Assembly (NCBI GenBank): GCA_951406725.2 | Contig: OX597816.1 | Location: forward strand, 109,864,001-109,928,000 | Length of the DNA stretch: 64,000 bases | From: Octopus vulgaris | Taxonomy: Eukaryota | Direction: 5' to 3' | Part shown: positions 27,563 through 40,865 of the stretch, piece after piece | Layout: each line of letters opens with the position of its first letter | How positions within the stretch are numbered: position 1 is the stretch's first letter | Program-made: the position numbers and the translations under genes | Notes under the pieces: generated by a model | What the model saw: only the letters and a program-made list of their open reading frames with translations | Databases searched by the model: none | Told to the model about the DNA's origin: nothing

Positions 27563-28486
27563 TTCAAACATATGGATATCTGTGTGTACGTGTATTCGTG
27601 TATATGTCTGTATGTGTAAGCATGAATGCGTTGCTTTAAGAATATTTGAAATAAAAGATAAAACACATTCCTAAACTATCTTTGAAATATTTCTGAACTA
27701 TTAAACTATTAATTCATAAAAAGAAACACACATGTAATTTATCGCTTTCTTTGCGAAAGGACTTTTGAGAATTTTTGTATTTCTACTTGTTTACAATGAT
27801 TTTTATTTACTTGCAATAAAAAAGGAAATAATCTCTCTTCATATTCTGCTACATGTCATTCAGCCTCTCAGTATAGTGTTATTTTATTTGTTAAAATTAT
27901 ATTGTGTTTATTTCTTCATCTCCTCCATCTACACATCATATTATTGTAGTCTTCATCACCAACATTAACACCACCAACTTCATCATCATTTTAATTGACG
28001 CCAATATGTTTTTTAACGCTGTCATTCATGTTAATGAAGGTGTGTTTACATATTACCTAAACCTGAAGTATATGTTACTATGTCTGTCCATGTAGTTAGT
28101 CGTGTAACGGCTGGTGGTTTTGCTTTTGTAATTATAGTTTGTCTTTCTCCTGCTTATATTACTATCCACAGGAAGATATATGAATTAAAAATAATTATGC
28201 AGTTATCCGATAATTATTTACCAATTGTGTCCTTGCAAAGAGCAAGTAAAATGCGGAACTCACATTGACTTACATATGTCTAAAAGCAGTTGGTACTACC
28301 TCAGTTTCATAAGAAATATACAATCCCACATGTTTAAATGAACACACCTCTCTTGTTTACTCTCAGAAAAGTACACATTTTAGTTGTGGTTATTTTCTAA
28401 AAATCTCAGTTCGCTTCGTAGATTTATATTCACCACAAATAATTCCACTTCACTGTGCGTACTGTTACTATATTTAAATTGCCAAG

Positions 28487-28627
<141 letters not shown>

Positions 28628-29227
28628 ATTGATGTGTACCTATACAGTTATGTATGTACATGTTAAGCCTACGTGTACAACTACGAGTTACACGCCAGCG
28701 TAGATTACCCTGATCCTTGGTGTGTACATGCGAGCCAGCTTAGATGATGGTTTAGTTTTCTTTGGTAAAATACGAGTGACTATTTTTGAAAGAAATATTT
28801 TATCTGCGTGAGCCATTGAGTTGTTGTTGTTAATCCGCCTTTTAAAAGTTCTTTAGCTTTTTAATAGGCGTTTTTGTAAAATGTTTTCCTTGTATGACGT
28901 CTATTAATATTTGGTCAATTGTTAAGATTAAAAAACTCGAAAGAGAATTGAATTACATATGTAGAAAAAAAAAAGAAATAGGGAAACTAATACTAAATTA
29001 TAAGATATGTAAATATGTATAAATATTAATTCCTTACAAATGTCTAAATTAGAACAATGAACAAATAAACAACATTTTAAATTCAAATCCGAACATGTAT
29101 TTTATTTTTATATGTATATTGTTTAAATATAATCAAATACCTATTACTAAAAAAAACACTAATAAAAAAGCTAACTTTTACATCCCTACACTTTAAAGAT
29201 CATATTGTCCTGCCGCTATTAGGCTTG

Positions 29228-29273
<46 letters not shown>

Positions 29274-29294
29274 TGTGCTTACAGACTTACAAGT

Positions 29295-29527
29295 ATGGAT
29301 AGATTTCAGAAAAAAACGTAAGTTAGATACAGATGAAGAGACGCAGGGTCTGAGGCAGTCTGTTGAAGGTGCAGCCACTGCTAGTGATGCTGCCTCGTCG
29401 AAATTACCAAGAAATGATGGAATTGACCTGCAACTAAAAGTTCGTCAATATTGTGAAAAACTACATAGCTGTGGGATTTACTTGGACTGGAAACCCATAC
29501 TGCCCTTCACATTTGCGTACTGTTTGT
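29295..29527 (+). pseudogene. hAT Buster/Charlie-type transposase N-terminal fragment
   Basis: With two single-base frameshifts reads MDRF.KKRKLDT...KVRQYCENYIAVGFTWTGNPYCPSHLRTVC, resembling the RQY...Y...GFT......P.P.C..C start of the BED finger in Buster/SCAND3-type proteins. Confidence 0.6.
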
Positions 29528-30288
29528 ACTCGTTGCTCACGGATGATCAAAAGCAGTCACAACTAAATGCGTGTCGTCAACAGTTGGAAGTTGATCGGGA
29601 ACTTATTTCGAAGGTCGTCACGAGTGATGAAAGCTGCTGCTACAGCTACGACTCGGTAACGAAGCAGCAATCAAGTCAATGGAAGCATTCAATGACATCA
29701 CGTCGCAAAAAACCGCGTCAAGTGAAATCCAGTGTCAAGACGATGCTCTTTTGTTTCATCGATGCGAAAGTGATTGTCTATAAAAAATCTGTTCCTTCTT
29801 GTCCGACTGTTCACCAGGTATTTTACTTGGCAGTTCTGAAGCATTTACGAGATGCGGCGAGACGAAAACACCCCGACGTGTGACAAAATGGAGAGTGATT
29901 GTTTCATCACAACAATGCGCCTGCGTATACCGCTTTATGTATGAGGCAGTTTTGGACAAGAAATAACATGACTCCGCTTACCCACCCTCATTATTTATCC
30001 GATCTTGCTCCCTGTGACTTTTTGACTTTTTTGCTCTCCCGAATGAGAAAAGTCGTTAAAGGAAATCGTTTTGCAGATATGGGAGAGGTGAAGAATAAAT
30101 CGATGAAGGAGTTAAATGTCATCATTTCACAAGAGGTCTTGCACAGCATTGAACAATGGAAAACGCTTCTGGACCGATGCATTGCTTCAAATGGAGAATG
30201 TTTTGAAGGCGGAAAAGTATAAATAAGCAAAACCAAGTGAATAAAATAATAATGCAAAATACCGGGTTCTTTTGCATACCCCCTCGTA
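29528..30288 (+). mobile_element. Mariner (DD34D) transposon, 3' portion with right TIR
   Basis: VTSDESCCYSYD, HHNNAPAY and HPHYLSDLAPCDF, with 34 residues between the second (D->N) and third catalytic positions; stop at 29883; ends ...TTTGCATACCCCCTCGTA (TA target). Confidence 0.92.
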
Positions 30289-31696
30289 TATATACGGAAA
30301 CTGGAAAGATAGAACAGGAAATATAAATCTGTATATATCTTTATTTATTTATTGGCAGAAATGTCACAAGAGCCTAGAGTTACATAGGCAATCCACATAA
30401 GAACTACTGAGCAGGATAACTCTGTTTTAAGATTTATGAAGAGTTGCAGTTTTAAACGACCTTGCTTTATAATATAGCTATAATTGTATTTTATGTATTA
30501 TTGTTATAGTCGCCTTTACGACTTCAAATATAGAAGAATTATCCTAATGAACATTTCCCAGTCATTTGTTGTCGATGCATTCATGATTACTAAAATTCTG
30601 GGTTAAAGGTTATATTTTATAATTAAATCTAAAATAAAATTGAATTTTAATTTAAATCTTTAATTGAAAATTTTTCTAATACGTCTCTATTATTTGTTCT
30701 TTCGGAAACTATTTTCTGCTCTTTTATTTTATGCTGAATGAATTTTGTTAGCATTTCGCACATGCTCCTAGGATTTCCATATGTTCTCAATATTTTTTTT
30801 TCTCTTTTAGATCTAGTTAGCTACTGCAACTTTGCTATTTTTCTTTTATCGATTAATTAGAGTTTATCTTTCAAGAGGTGATAGTTTGACAATTCTATTC
30901 ATTGCACAACACACATTGGCACCATAAGGTCTTATCTGGCACTTTTTTGCGCACAAAACGAAATCTCTGAAAATAAATGCCATTGGTCAATATCTTTAAA
31001 TGTGTCTGATCAGGGAGAGCAATAAATCAAACAAACTCACACTCTCATACAAACGGATGCGCTTGCTCACACGTGCACATACACGCTGCCACACACAAAC
31101 ACACACACGCATGCACATATTTTACACGCATACACGCAAACTAACAGTGCTCGTATAAATATGCAAGTGATAAAAGTAGAAACAAGTAGACACGCATAAT
31201 ACAAGTATACAGAAAAATAGGATACGGAGGAGAAAGAAATTGTAATCTAGCTTTTATACTTTCAATTATAAAAAAAAGAAAATCAAAAGAAAACTTGGAG
31301 ATTGTTTTAGAAAGATACTTCATCCTTAGACTGAAAATTTATAAGGTCTTGTTTATATTCCAGGGGATATAGATAAGATCATTTGTTATAGTCACTTTCA
31401 GATGGGACCAACCGTCATATAAGTCCACAGAAATACAACACACTTGATGCGGAGATCATACCCAGTTTGTAAAACAACATTGTTCGAGATAATTTCAGTT
31501 GAATCACAGTGGAATGAAAGGCCAAGTGTCTTGTAATAGTGAACATATTCTTAGACTTAATATCAAAGGGGGTCTGCAAGGAGGATGCGTACTCGCACCC
31601 AAACTGTATCTAATATAACTGAATGTAATGATATAATATAAAAACATCAACCATGGTGTCAAATGTTCACAGAGAAAACACACGCTAACACAGGCA

Positions 31697-31785
<89 letters not shown>

Positions 31786-31830
31786 TAATATTAATAATGA
31801 TGATGATGACGACGACGCTGATGATGATAA
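31697..31830. repeat. (AAT)n array grading into (GAT)/(GAC)
   Basis: Direct reading; lies immediately upstream of the R4/Dong cluster. Confidence 0.95.
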
Positions 31831-31839
31831 TAAGCAATT

Positions 31840-32262
31840 ATACTCTGGAATATAGAGAAATTAAGGCCAATAGACCGAATATAGTTGTCAGAGTTCAGCA
31901 ACAAAAGAAAAATGCTTTCTAATCGATGTATCAATAACAACAGATGACAATGTTTCTCTAAAAGAAACGGAAAATCTTTCAGAATAGATAGATCTGGAAA
32001 TAGATGTAACTCGAATGTGACGCCTATTAACAGAAACAATTGAGTATGCACATTAGGCATGATAAAAATAGAACATTCAGACAAATTACAAGTAGTTGTA
32101 ACATACAAAAAAATAGTACTACTAGGCACCACACCCATCCTACGTAGAACACTTTCAATACTGTGAAAATAAGACCATCACAACAAACCACATCACATAC
32201 CCAGGGCACATACAGATGCTTTTCGTAGAGCAGTGAAAGCACGTGACTAAGAATACTACTAA
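31840..32262 (+). mobile_element. R4/Dong-type non-LTR retrotransposon 3' end, copy 1
   Basis: REIKANRPNIVVRV...CFLIDVSITTDDNVSLKETE...DLEIDVTRM and IQKNSTTRHHTHPT-type frameshifted LLGT..ILR end: restriction-like endonuclease motifs; followed by an (AAT)n tail. Confidence 0.8.
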
Positions 32263-32265
32263 ATG

Positions 32266-32337
<72 letters not shown>

Positions 32338-32344
32338 ATAATTC

Positions 32345-32776
32345 CAAAATCCTGTGCGATGCAATGATCCTGTGCGATCGCCTGACCAAATAAAAACCAA
32401 TGAACATGTATGATAATCGACATAGCATGCACCGGTAACAAGAGGATCAATATGAAAGAAGAAGAAAAATAAACAACTATCATGATCTAAAGTGGGAAAT
32501 GCTAAGGATGAGATCAATGAAGAGAGTAGACGTGATAGCAATAGTAATTAGTGCACTTGGAAGTATCAGTGTTCAACTACCAACATGGCTGAAAATGATC
32601 GGTGCAAGTGTGAAGGTAGAACTCCTAGAAAAATCAGCATTGCTTGGAAATGCAAGACTTCTTCGCAGGGTTCGTGAAGCATGACCAGTAAACAAGTGTC
32701 ACCTTAGTCTGATGGTTGTGGGCAGCTGACGCTTTCTATCATACCCAGCAAAATAAGCTGAGGAGTTTTAATGCAA
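32345..32776 (+). mobile_element. R4/Dong-type non-LTR retrotransposon 3' end, copy 2
   Basis: IIDIACTGNKRINMKEEEKINNYHDLKWEMLRMRSMKRVDVIAIVISALGSIS...LLEKSALLGNARLLRRVREA*; followed by AAT and a compound trinucleotide array. Confidence 0.85.
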
Positions 32777-32789
32777 TAATACCACCACC

Positions 32790-32850
<61 letters not shown>

Positions 32851-32852
32851 GC

Positions 32853-32933
<81 letters not shown>

Positions 32934-32942
32934 AAGAAGAAG
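32777..32942. repeat. Compound array (CCA)n(ACA)n(ATA)n(AGA)n
   Basis: Direct reading. Confidence 0.95.
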
Positions 32943-33079
32943 AGCAGTATTTCTGTGAAAACAACATCCATTCATGAATTTAATTATTTATTTATTAACT
33001 TTCAAATGCATAGTTTACCTGTGAATTTGCGTGTGTAATCTGGGAATGCATACAATGAGCTTTTCAGAGGCAAAGTTGA

Positions 33080-34232
33080 CTCATAGTACAAAGAGGCAAC
33101 GTAGTGTCGTCTGGTGGCGTAGAGCTACCCAGCGGCGAGAAAAGAAAAATCAAGGCTATTGAGACGAATGGATATAAATATCTGGGAATTTGAGAATACG
33201 ACAACCAAGGATAGTGCAATGAAGGAAAGCTTTAGGAAAGCAACATCGGTGTTTTCAACGAGAACAGTATGGGATGGTACATCAAACAACAGAGCGAATC
33301 CTTACTTGCCGCTGTTGGAATTTACGATACAATACCTACCAAAAACGTAATGCACCCACAAACATGTACGAAACAGGATGAAAAAAGAATAAACATAAGG
33401 AAAATGAGACTACTGCATGGGCAATACTTCAAAGAAACAGAAGGAATAAACAAGATCAACACTAAGAAAAAGTGATCTGAAAGGATTCACTGAGGCATTG
33501 ATATGCAGCTCCCAGGAACAAGCTCTGAGATCTAATTATTTCAAATATCAAATAGATAAGTGTAGCGAATCGCCTATTTGTATGATGTGTTGCAGCAGAA
33601 ACGAAACAATGTCACATGTGAGTGAGTCTAACATACTGGCCCAAAAGCATTAAAAAAGAAGGCAAGATAACGTGGCAAATTTCATCCATGTCAAAGTAAG
33701 GCCTGAACGGAACATGGAAATAATACGAACATGAACAAGAGGAGTCATCGAGAAGAAGGAGCATAAGATAGCGTGGGATTTTACAATCCAATCTGATTCC
33801 CTAATCGATGCTCGGAGACTGGATATTTTTGTGGTAGATAAGGGGAAAAAAAGAAACCAAGATCATAGATTCTGCAATACCTGAAGATGCACGCATAAGT
33901 GACAAAGGACTAGAAAAGATTGAAAAGTACAGACTACTAAAAGACGAAATCGCAAGAAAGTGGTCTATGAGGAGAGTGTCTGTTATTCCAATAGCTGTAG
34001 GGGCACTCGGAGTATTAACAAGCAAGTTCGAGAAATATGTCAAAGAAATCGGAATTGACATGAGAGCAGAGCAAGCCTCCAACATTGCTCTGCTGGGGAC
34101 TGCTAGGATTTTGAGATTTGTTCTTGCATTAAAGCTTATAATGTGCAAAACGAAATTCTGTAAGACCTCTGACAGCAGGCTGCTATCCGCTATCACAACA
34201 AACAAGACCGAACGTTCTGAGAAAAAAGCAAT
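33080..34232 (+). mobile_element. R4/Dong-type non-LTR retrotransposon 3' part, copy 3, internally deleted
   Basis: GVELPSGE...GYKYLGI, LHGQYF, TEALICSSQEQALRSN, SPICMMCCSRNETMSH (CCHC knuckle), IIDSAIPEDARISDKGLEKIEKY, VIPIAVGALG, ALLGTARILR; (AAT)n tail from about 34236. Confidence 0.9.
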
Positions 34233-34297
<65 letters not shown>

Positions 34298-34559
34298 GAA
34301 GAAGAAGAAGGAGAACAATAATAATAATACATTTAAAAATCAATTTTGCAATATCTAATAAGATTCCCTTCATTTATCCTGGAATCCAATGTCATATCAG
34401 TGATATATATTATTAAAAAGGTATAGAGCCGTCACAATAATCCAGATTTCTAAACATAGGGTTGATTTCGTCATCGTATATGTTGCAGTAAGGGATAAGA
34501 AAGGATACTGGTTAATGGAGACATAAACTCAGAAAAATATGCGTTTATATTGCAGAAAG

Positions 34560-35012
34560 GACTCCTAATCTTCTCTACTAGCGAAATGATTCAGGAAGAC
34601 ACTTTGCTATGGAAGATAGGCTCCTTGCCACACTGCTAAAACGATCGAAGATTTGTTGGATGAGAATGACATTAAAACGCTTCCATGGGCTAACAAATCA
34701 CCAGATATGAACCCTACTGAATACCTCTGGGAGACAATGGACAGGAAACGTCAGAAAAAGAACAAGCAATTATCTTCAAAGTCAGATGTTTTGAGATTAC
34801 AACATGAAACTTGGTAAGAACTTCCGCAAGAATATGTTCGTAATCTGATCAGTAACATGCCCAATAGGGTCATCGCATTGAAGAATGCAAAGGGTACGTC
34901 TACTAAATATTAGATATTCACATTTTAACAATTGATAAATAATTTGAATGTATAATTTCAGATTAAAATAAATTTTAATGATCATAAGGGGGTGTATTTA
35001 TTTCTGTCATCA
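34560..35012 (+). mobile_element. Tc1 (DD34E) transposon 3' relic
   Basis: D.APCHTAKTIEDLLDENDIKTLPWANKSPDMNPTEYLWE shows D34E spacing (one frameshift); TIR-like end GGGGTGTATTTATTTCTGTCATCAC. Confidence 0.8.
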
Positions 35013-35039
35013 CACGCACACACACACGCACACACACAC

Positions 35040-35123
<84 letters not shown>

Positions 35124-35247
35124 GTCCAGGAAGCAAATATTAAAAACAATAAATTCAAGAGATACTTCAAGAATTCAATCAGTAACACAAGTCACATTCA
35201 GGGCACTTAAACATTTAACATTCTACTACGATCATACCACTCCCGCA

Positions 35248-35406
35248 TTCTTCTTCTTCTTCTTCTTCTTCTTCTTCTTCTTCTTCTTCTTCTTCTTCTT
35301 CTTCTTCTTCTTCTTCTTCTTCTTCTTCTTCTTCTTCTTCTTCTTCTTCTTCTTCTTCTTCTTCTTCTTCTTCTTCTTCTTCTTCTTCTTCTTCTTCTTC
35401 TTCTTC
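35248..35406. repeat. Perfect (TTC)n/(GAA)n tract, about 53 units
   Basis: Direct reading. Confidence 0.97.
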
Positions 35407-37241
35407 TTTGCTTAGTTCACAAATACATAAAATCTGTCCCTGGAATAAAGAGTCACAAAATCTCGTCAAATTTGTATATATGATTTAAATTTCAAGTTTT
35501 TCCATTTAAAACTTTACTTGTGGCTAAATTAAAGCGAGAAATTTTCTAACCACTGATTGGGCAATTTCCCAATATCGGTTCAGTAAAAAACGAAGGGAAG
35601 GCAATGGAATTTCGACAAATTATTGATTTAGTGTTTGAAATTGAAATAGTAACAATGAAGGAGTAATGGTGTATTTGTTCCTAAAAGAGATAGAGAGAGA
35701 GAGAATATGAGAGAGTGAGAAAGAAAAGAAATCGGGGGAGAGAGCAAATGATAGTGAGAGTGTGAGAGATCAGTATTTTCTTGCCTGCATTGATGTATTG
35801 AAATAACGGTTGAATCCTTTATTAAATTTGAATAATTAGCATTATTCAAGAGGACACTCAAAATTCTAAAATAAAAGGCGAAAATCATTTATGATTTGAA
35901 ACATATTAATATAAAAATAAATTATCTAATTCTTTATTTCTTGTATTATTTTATCCTATTTCCTTTTCTAGTTGTAATTATAATGGAATTATTTTATTTT
36001 ATATCTTTAATTATTTCTTCAAAATATATTTCATAGTGTCTTCTTTGGTGATTATTTTCTTGATTTCCTTATTTGTATTATGTTTCTGTCTTATACCCCC
36101 TTCTTCTCTTCTTCCCTATCTTCCACTTCCTAAACCCCCTGCAACTTCTCCTCATTTTCGTAAGACAATTCTCGTAAGACCATATTTAACAAAATTTACA
36201 ACTAACGCTAAAATTACCACCAATAATGATACTAATACCATTGTTTCTATTTAAATATTCAACTGTGACATCATAGCCTTCATATATCTAGTTTTTCCAC
36301 TATTGTTATTCACGTTATTATTATTAGTATTATTTTTATTAATAGCATATATGTCGCTGTTGAATATCTTTCTTCAGGTTTTGTTGGGGGGATTGTTATT
36401 AATTGTGTGCGTCTAAATGTAGATACCTATATATCTAGAAATGTGGATGAGAATAGATGTGATATGTCAGAGGTTAGATGTAATGAATGGGAAGAAAAAC
36501 AGCAATTTTAGACTGCATTGGACTCGCAATAACAAATTGAAAAATTCAAATCAAAACAAAATATTGTCATTCACAATACAATAAATTTTAGACACAATTA
36601 ATAAAATCTAACAACATTCTTCGCTTTTAAAATGAAAATCCTCGCTCTTCACATTCCAAACACCGAAGAAAATAAAAATTCTCATCCACACATACATGGG
36701 CGTATATAAACGTACACACAAACACAAACATACTAATTACAAACAAAACATACGGTAAACAAAATAACTAAATAACACAATCGAATCATCCAACCAAAGA
36801 TGACAGCGTTATTAAGAACAAAGATGACAATATCACTGATGTCAATGGTTAACAAATAAATAAAATGAATAATTCTTTAACGAAAATTTATTGAAATTAC
36901 AAAAGTTTTGAGAAAGGTCAAGCCATTCCTAAATAAAGCACCATGCAGTTTTCTAAATCATTTCCTGTTAGAGCACATCTCTTTTTAAGAACGTTTTAGA
37001 GTGGTACTATTGACAAAATAGGAAATAATACGTTCCAAAGCCTCTCTATATTATGCAATGTATGAAAGAATATTGGTTAGATTTGTTGTTACTGTGCCTA
37101 TAAATATTATAGACAGGAAGTTAATTCTCTTTCTAATAGCATTATAAATGTCCATCGAGGTAAAATTCATTACAATTATAAAGTTGGCAACCCATGTTTA
37201 ATGGTCATATTTGAGAACAAGGATCTGGAAATATTTGTATA

Positions 37242-37272
<31 letters not shown>

Positions 37273-37286
37273 GTGTGTGTGTGTGT

Positions 37287-37324
<38 letters not shown>

Positions 37325-37535
37325 ATGCGAGTGTAGGAAATCATTTCCTTTATGATTATTGCTCAGAAATAATAATGTTTTAAAGTCATCGATATGTAAA
37401 TAATTTCCGCTTAAATTCTGTAAGTGGATATAATTTTAGTGCTTAAGCACTTATTCAACATATATAAATACACACATACACATATATATATATGTGTGTG
37501 CGTGTATATGTGTGTGCGTCCGTATATATAAATGT

Positions 37536-37605
<70 letters not shown>

Positions 37606-37612
37606 CATACAC

Positions 37613-37692
<80 letters not shown>

Positions 37693-37701
37693 TATATATA
37701 T

Positions 37702-38760
37702 CCAGAGTGCAGTGTGTAAACTATCGTCTAAGAGACGCTAAAATGAAAGTAATATTGACATCTCAATTTAATAGAAATATTTATCAAAATTACATAAAAA
37801 TATCTTGAAATAGTAAAGAGTAAAATTTTTCAATAAAATCACGTTTGACTTCGACCACGGCCTCCGGTCAACTTCGGAATCTCTTGCAACTCATCTGGAT
37901 GCTTTCCTTGTTTAAATTAGTGAATGCTGCCATAATCCTTGCCTTCAGTTCATCTTTGGTGTTACAAGGAGTTTTGTTGATCTCTCGCTCAACTGCGCCC
38001 AATACAAGGGGATCGAAGTCTGGCGAGTTATGTAGCCAGATATTAGGAGGTGATGTGGTCGCAGAATTTATCTGACAGTTATGACTGTGTTCTCCTGCTT
38101 CTGTGGCATGGTGCAGTTTCTTGTTGCCAGACATAGGGTCTTCCACCAACTACGCTATTCACCCAGAGAAGCACTACTTTCTCTAGGTACTTGATGTAGA
38201 CCTCCGTGTTCAGTGTGAGGCCGTGTGGGAAGACGAATGCATATATAACGTCGCCATCACTGGTGATCAATCCAAACACCATGATGTTCACTAAATGTTT
38301 GATTTTTATCGCTCTTGGTACATATTTTGGGGACATGGCAAACCAACAATTGTACTGTGTGTTCACCATCTGATCCTGGTAGAGATTTTTATCGTCTGAG
38401 AATAATCAAAGCATGTTATGTTGGTGGGGATGATTGGGTTTATTCAAAAGCTTCGTAACCTTTTGTCCTCGATGGCTTGGGGGTAAAAATAGGCCCTTTT
38501 TCATCTTGTACGAGGTATACCGAATGTCTTTATGCACTAACTGCCTGATAAGAAACTCAAACATTTCCATGTGCCTAGCGATGAACCTGATTGATTTCGA
38601 GAGATCGTTGTCAGTTATGGCCTGGATCCCAGCAACAAATTCAGGATTGGTTTTTTTTCCGAGCTGCTTTATATTCGTAATCACCAATCTACTCTTTCCT
38701 AATCATCTGCACTTTCCTCTGATTGACACCCAAACACTCTGAAATGAGCATACTGTCCTA
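37702..38760 (-). mobile_element. Tc1/mariner-superfamily transposon, DD37D (maT)-like, decayed
   Basis: FSDDKNLYQDQMVNTQYNCW, IMVFGLITSDG, YVWQQETAPCH and IWLHNSPDFDPL; spacing after the second catalytic position is consistent with 37 once a frameshift is allowed; ORFs 38406-38687, 38079-38369 and 37868-38149. Confidence 0.85.
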
Positions 38761-38917
38761 ACTCCAGTTTAGAAGTTACTCTTTTACAGTATGTTCTTTG
38801 TCTATCTCCTTAATGTCTTGGAGATTTTAGGTATAATTATACTAATATGTCCACCTGTTCTAATTTAATTAAATTCTATGTCTTTGTGAAACTCAAGATT
38901 CCCTGCATTTGAAATTG

Positions 38918-38973
38918 ATGCAATGATTGCATTGTTCAATTAAATGGTGTTGCATGAAACGATCGTACTGCAT
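38918..38973 (+). ncRNA. Decayed hammerhead motif with core deletion
   Basis: AUGCA-[GCUG missing]-AUGA-U-UGCA-loop-UGCA-U-GAAAC-GAUC-GUA-CUGCAU: GAAAC, palindromic ACGAUCGU, GUA and stem I 3' strand intact; same stem II base as the 3527 motif. Confidence 0.55.
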
Positions 38974-39016
38974 AACCTCTGGATATCCTTGTTGCTTATT
39001 TTGATTAATTAAATAT

Positions 39017-39068
<52 letters not shown>

Positions 39069-39081
39069 GTGTATGTATGTA

Positions 39082-39782
39082 TACCACCTCAGTTAAAGCT
39101 ATGATTTTGTGGAACCAATTGAGATGGTGTGGCCATATTGTTCGAATGGCATATGAACGCATGCCGAAAGAACTGTTTTATGGTGAGCTTGCCGAGGGGA
39201 TAAACTATCGGCGTAAACCTGAAGAAAGGGTTAAGGACGGTATAAGGACTACTATAAAGTCACTGCGGATTGTTCCAGAAGATATAGAAACCCTTGCTTC
39301 GAATCAAGTTGGATGACGAATAAAGGTGTGGAGTGGAGTGAAAGCATTTGAAGAGGCCAGTATAACACAAGACGCAAAAGGGATCTAAAGAAGAATATAA
39401 CGATCGAGAAGGTGAATGACAATGGCTTTTTTGTGTGCACAGTCAACGTCAGACCATGCCTGTCCTTTGCTGGCCTCAAATCTCATCTGCGAACGCATAG
39501 AAAACAATCCTCCACCAACTATCTTGCATATATACCTGTGTACACCTTTGAAAGCAGTGCATGCAGAAGGTTTGCAAATCCAAAGGAGGCCTAAATAGAC
39601 ATTTTAAGATTCACAAGGAGAAGAACTTATCTGCAGCTTTGGTTGTCCAAATCAGAGGTCCAATCTATGTGCGTGTATTTTGAGAAAATTGTCGGGTTTA
39701 AACAGCCACATCAGATGCCATAATGGTGCTAAGGTGTAAGTACGGAGGTGGTCAAACCCTGCAGAAGGAGTAGAAAAATACC
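39082..39782 (+). mobile_element. RTE-BovB-type LINE 3' end with three decayed C2H2 zinc fingers
   Basis: QLRWCGHIVRMAYERMPKELFYGEL (RTE C-terminal motif), then CTVNVRPCLSFAGLKSHLRTH, SAC/QKVCKSKGGLNRHFKIH and SNLCACILRKLSGLNSHIRCH; ends at (TA)n. Confidence 0.85.
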
Positions 39783-40019
39783 ATATATATATATATATAT
39801 ATATATATATGGGGGGCGTGTGTGTGTGCGCGAGTGTGTGTGCGTGAGTGTGTGTGTGTATAATACACATGCATGAACGCACATACACATACACACATAT
39901 ATATATATATAAAATACATATATGTATATATATATATATATATGCCATTCAAACATGAAAACCTAGTAGTTGATGACTTACTTAACTTATTTTGATTAAT
40001 TAATTAAGGGACCCATCTT

Positions 40020-40865
40020 AAGATATGGATTTGGACACAGAAAGTCTAACGTAATATGTTGCTTGAAGTTTGGCAACTCATTCAACATGGAAGAAAATTT
40101 AGTGGAGAGTGTTTCAAAGAGATCCACGTACATGAATTACCATCACCTGAATTTGAGACAAATTTGAAGCAGGTGGAAGTGTTCATAATGCCCACAACAG
40201 TTACAAAATGCTTCGGAAAGTAATGAACATCATTGGACCCTACAAAGTAGGAAAGAGTCCTTGGAAACATGAGTAAACTTGAGTAAAAAAAAGTAAAATT
40301 CCTAGCAAACTTTAATAAAAGAAAGTTAGAGTGACAAGCGAGTCCTTTGAATCTAAATTCAAAATGAAGTGCCCGTCACAATTTGAAGCCTTCTCATTGA
40401 AAAAGATATTATCCAAGAATAACGATGCTTTCAGTGTGGGTGATATGGACCAAAGAATGAAAGTTTGCTATTGGTACTTGGCACGACATATAGAAGATGC
40501 ACACTTTGCAATAAAAATCTTTTGGAATGATGACGCTATATGTAAATGTTATGAGTCAATTTACCACAAAAATCGCTGCTGCTGTGGACCTTAGGATCCA
40601 CTTATTACGAAGAAACATATTATAAATTTGCTTGGAGTTTGTGGAATATGACACGGTTTATCCTCAAAATATTAATTGGACTACTTTCGTTTTAGAGTAC
40701 TGTGACTATTCCCATCATCTTCAACTGCCTGCAGCAGTTTTTTATGTCACGTATTCAAAAGGAATTTGAAGATGTAGAGTGTATTTCCAGCACGATGTAT
40801 CACCTCCATATTGCCATAGTAATGTAAATCCCTACTATGTACAGGTTTTATTAAACAGGTAGATT
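40020..40865 (+). mobile_element. Decayed Tc1/mariner-superfamily relic (DUF4817-type)
   Basis: FAIKIFWNDDAICKCYESIYHKNRCCCGP*DP resembles F...I.WSDEA.F.LNG.VN.HNC.YW..ENP, and YFQHDVSPPYCHS resembles FQQDGAPPH; many stops. Confidence 0.55.
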
